Assembly (NCBI GenBank): GCA_004431415.1
Contig: QPMI01000639.1
Location: forward strand, 1 to 35,499
Source: Cyanophora paradoxa CCMP329
Lineage: Eukaryota > Plantae > Glaucophyta
Direction of reading: 5' to 3'
Length of the DNA: 35,499 nt
Shown here: in pieces, positions 31,862 through 35,499 of the stretch
Position numbering within the stretch: position 1 is the stretch's first letter
How the letters are laid out: each line of letters opens with the position of its first letter
Made by a program: the position numbers and the translations under genes
Notes under the pieces: model-generated
What the model was told of the DNA's origin: nothing
The model's input: only the letters and a program-made list of their open reading frames with translations
Database searches by the model: none

Positions 31862-34104
31862 ATGGCGTCCCTGATGAAGCTTCCGATCGTAATTGACAAC
31901 GGGACAGGGTGCGCATCTTCCCGCGCGCCAGTTGGCGCGGGCCGAGCGTACGCGCAGGTACACGAAGATGGGCTACGCGAACAACGTGGAGCCGAATTTC
32001 GTCATACCTACGGTCATCGCGCTCGGCGACCGGCAGGGTCCGCCGGCCGCGCGCCCGCGCCGCGCGGCGTTTGAACTCCCGCCTCCGGGCAGGTGCGGCG
32101 ACGCGGCCGGGGCGCATACCCGACCTGGACTTCGAGATTGGCGACGAGGCGCTCTCGTACAGCCGCCGGGTGGAGCAGAGCACGCTGAGCTACCCGGTGC
32201 GGGGCGGCCTCATCGAGAACTGGGACCACATGGAGAAGTTCTGGGCGCGGAGCATCTTCCACTACCTCAAGTGCGAACCGGAGGACCACAACTTCCTCCT
32301 CGTGCGCCCCGCCCGCCCCGCCCCGCCGCGGCGCCGCGCGGCCCGAGCCGCCGCGGCCGGCGCGCAGACGGAGGCGCCGATGAACCCGCCGGAGAGCCGG
32401 GAGCAGATGGCGGAGATCATGTTCGAGACTTTCAACGTCAACGGGCTCTACATCGCCGTCCAGGCGCGCCCGCAGCTAGCCGCCCCGCCGCCCCGCCCCC
32501 GCCGCGGCGGCCGCGGGGCGCGAGGCGAGGCGGGCGGGGCAGGCGGTGCTGGCGCTGTACGCAGGGATGACGGCGAAGCGGAGCCCCGGGGGCGTCGACG
32601 CGCTCACGGGCACCGTCGTCGACTCGGGCGACGGGGTCACCCACGTCATCCCCATCGCGCGCCCCGCCCCGCCCCGCCCCGCCCCGCGCGCTGCCCCGGC
32701 CGCCCGCCCGCTGATCCGGCGGGGCGCAGGACCGTGGCTACGTGATCAGCACGTGCATACGCAGCGTGCCGATCGCGGGGCGCGACATCACGAACTTCAC
32801 CATGCAGCTCATGCGCGACCGCGAGACCGCGTGCGCCCCCGCCCGCGCGCCCCGCCCCGCCCCGCCCCCTTTACAACCCGCGCTCCTCCCTCCGCGCAGC
32901 ATACCCCCCGAGGAGGCCCTCGATATCGCGCGCCGAGTCAAGGCGCGCAGGGCGGGCCGCCGTACCCCCCGTCGCGCTGATCCCCCCCCTTCCCCGCAGG
33001 AGACGTACGGGTACGTGGCGACGGACCTCGCGGAGGAGTTCCGCAAGTTTGACAGGCGCGGAGTCGCCGGCTCGGGTCCCCCCGGCGCCCGTTTGCTCAC
33101 CCGCCGGCGCAGGGACGCCAACCTCTTCAAGCGCTTCTCGGGGCGCGTCGCGCGCACAAACCAGGCGCGCCGCCCGCCCCCGAAAGCGCCCCTCGCGGGA
33201 CCCGAACCCGCGCGCGCAGCCGTGGCAGTGCGACGTGGGGTACGAGCAGTTCCTGGCCCCCGAGATTTTCTTCAGCCCCGAGATCTCCCCCGGCGACTAC
33301 ACACAACCCCTCCCCAAGGTGACCCCCCTGCCGCCCCCCCTCTCGGCGCCCTGCCCCTGCCGCCGCGTACCCCGCCCGAGGCCGCCGTACCCCCCGCAGA
33401 TCATCGACGAGGTGATCCAGTCGTGCCCCATCGATTGCAGGCGCGGCCTCTACCGCGTACGTACCCCTACCCGTCTGGAGGTGTAACTCTTCCCGCTCAT
33501 CGCGGGGTACGGTAGAACGTCGTCCTGTCCGGGGGCTCCTGCATGTTCAAGGGCTTCCGCCGCCGCGCGGAGAAGAACATCCAGGCGCGCATACCCCTTC
33601 CCTAAGCTTGGCTGCTGTACCCGCCTGACGCGACGCCCTCTGAAGGCCTTCTGTGACGAGCGCTTCGAGCTGAACCAGAAGGCACGCCGTGTACCCCCTT
33701 CCGCGTCCTCCCGCGAAAATTTGACCCCGCTCTTTCGCCGCAGTTCATCCGCGAGCGCGTCGGGGCCGCGCACCAGTCCCACGACGACGGCCTGGTCCGC
33801 GTACCCCCATCCTGCACGCGCACCCCCCGCTGACTCCCTCCTCCCTCCTGCCAGACCTCTGGCCCGCTGGAGGTCAAAGTGATCGCGCCGCCCCTCGCGA
33901 ACCTCTCGTACTCGGTCTGGTACGGCGGCTCCTACCTCGCGACCCTCGTGCGCCCGTACCTCCTCGGGTTCCCGCGTACCCCCGTGAGCCCGGCGCCCCT
34001 GCTGCGCGCAGCCGGGGATGGCGCAGATGTGGCACTCGAAGGAGCAGTACATGGAGTACGGGCCCTCCATCTGCCGCCACAACAAGCTCCTCGAGTCCGG
34101 CTGA
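31862..34104 (+). CDS. ARP3: Actin-related protein 3 (Arp2/3 complex), 16 exons
   Basis: Spliced protein: [173 protein letters not shown] at 34102-34104. All 15 short introns keep frame. Confidence 0.93.
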
Positions 34105-34858
34105 TCATGCGAGGGCGCGCCCCGGGCTCCTGCCCTTCCAAATTCCCCCTGCGCATGCCTGCCGCCCGCTCCCCATGTCCGTGCTCTCCGGGCCCGGCAG
34201 GCCCCCGGCCTTCCGCCACCCCTGCCATACCTGTTCCGAAAACTTCCGGGGACTGTTACATACTGTTCCAAACACTTCTAACTTCTGTTCCACACATATA
34301 AGGCCAGAAGTTCCGTTCCACACCTAACTGCAAATTTGCACTCCGCCCATTTAGATTTCTCGAGAATCTGACGCCAGTTTGAATTCCTGGCGCGAAGGAT
34401 TCGATAAAATACTTTCCGCTCCCTCCGTGCCTCAATTAATATTGGAGAGACAGGGGGCGGGGGAGGGGGGGGGGAGAGGGGGGGGTGGGGGGAGGGGGAG
34501 TGGGAGGGGAGGGGGGTGGGGGGAGGCTGGAGCTTTCTCTCCTGCTTGTTTTGTATGTCGGACGTATCAAAGAAATCGAATGCACTACCATGCTGCGGCG
34601 CCGGCATATATAAATTAGTGAACGTTCCTGTGCTCGTGAGCTCGTCGCCCGTAATTGATTCCCCACTTTCTCCCGACCCTCACTTTCACAAGAATCAATT
34701 GCAAAGGCTATAGAATCAGAAAGCGATGCGGACCGCATCGCGGAGGAGATCACTGCATTGAAAGGCGACTGTTTCTATAAGTGTACAAGGGTCCGGGCGG
34801 ATCCGGACGTCTACTGAAACTAACTGCAACTAGGCTACGAATATACATACCGCGCCGA

Positions 34859-35466
34859 CTAAGCGGCTCCGAGCACGGGCACGGGCAGGGCCGCGGACCG
34901 AGGCGCGAGTGGGCGGGACCCAGCTCCGGCGACGAGCGGGGCGCGGCCCGTGCCGAGGGCGGGGAGCTGGAGGTTAGAGGGGGTACCGGGTGCCGGGGCG
35001 GGGGCGGGGGCGGGGGCGGGGGCGGGCCGCTGGAGGAGGGCGGGGAGGAGGCGGGGACGCGGGCGGGCGGGGCGAGGGCGGCGAGGCGCTCGGCGCGCTG
35101 GGCGGAGGCGAGGTCGCAGGAGGCGCGGTCCACGAGGGCCACCGTCGCCCGCAGCCGCCGCCCCTCCGCCTCCGGCCGCAGCGGCCGCCGCGGGGCCCCG
35201 GGCCCGGCCTCGGGGTGCGCCTCGCGGCTCAGGTGGAGCGCGGGGCCCTCGGCGAAGGCGGCGAGGCGGGGCCGCCAGGGCGTCCGGACCTCGGAGATGC
35301 GCAGCGTCCGCGCCTCCACCACCGTGTCCACGAAGGCGCACTCGCACCGCCCCGGCCCCGGCGCCCGCGCCGGCCCGACGCCGCCGCGCGCCTCGGCATC
35401 GGCCTCGGCCTCGGCGCAGGCGGCGCAGCGCTCGAAGCGGCGCGGGTAGCGCTCCGCCATGACGAA
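34859..35466 (-). CDS. 3' exon(s) of an unidentified host gene extending beyond the window
   Basis: On the minus strand a branch-like CTGAC and a CAG acceptor precede FVMAERYPRRFERCAAC...CECAFVDTVVEARTLRISEVRTPW. Stop position uncertain (34859, or 34750 if unspliced). Confidence 0.5.
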
Positions 35467-35499
35467 CTGGCGGGGGGCGTCAGACGGGGAGGCGGGGCG

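Noticed and set aside
1-35499. tRNA or rRNA genes
   Set aside because: No cloverleaf or conserved rRNA motifs recognised by eye. A covariance-model search was not possible.

Overview
Eukaryotic genomic window with two sharply different compartments. Bases 1-8524 are AT-rich and intronless. They form the right-hand part of a Polinton/Maverick-like (polinton-like virus) element: an AEP Prim-Pol primase, two small accessory genes, a protein-primed family B DNA polymerase with an endonuclease VII-type Zn insert, an rve DDE integrase, and a 1.6 kb non-coding terminus full of inverted repeats. The element ends abruptly just upstream of a splice acceptor of a host ankyrin-repeat gene. From 8525 onward the DNA is very GC-rich host sequence with intron-dense genes: the ankyrin gene 3' part, a TmcB/TmcC-like multipass membrane protein, a pseudokinase, a RING-H2 protein, an orphan multi-exon gene, two tandem arrays, ARP3, and the 3' end of another gene. 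Most long ORFs in the supplied track for this part are GC shadow frames. Most notable observations: (i) the element's polymerase seems to have lost its proofreading exonuclease; (ii) CpG is almost erased from the pol/integrase genes and every survivor sits in a CGAW context; (iii) the frameshifts I could resolve in pol/integrase are 1-bp homopolymer deletions, so the element may be intact; (iv) the terminus carries a 283-bp fold-back cassette; (v) about half of the ARP3 introns use GC donors. All gene models and counts were made by eye; no database searches were run.
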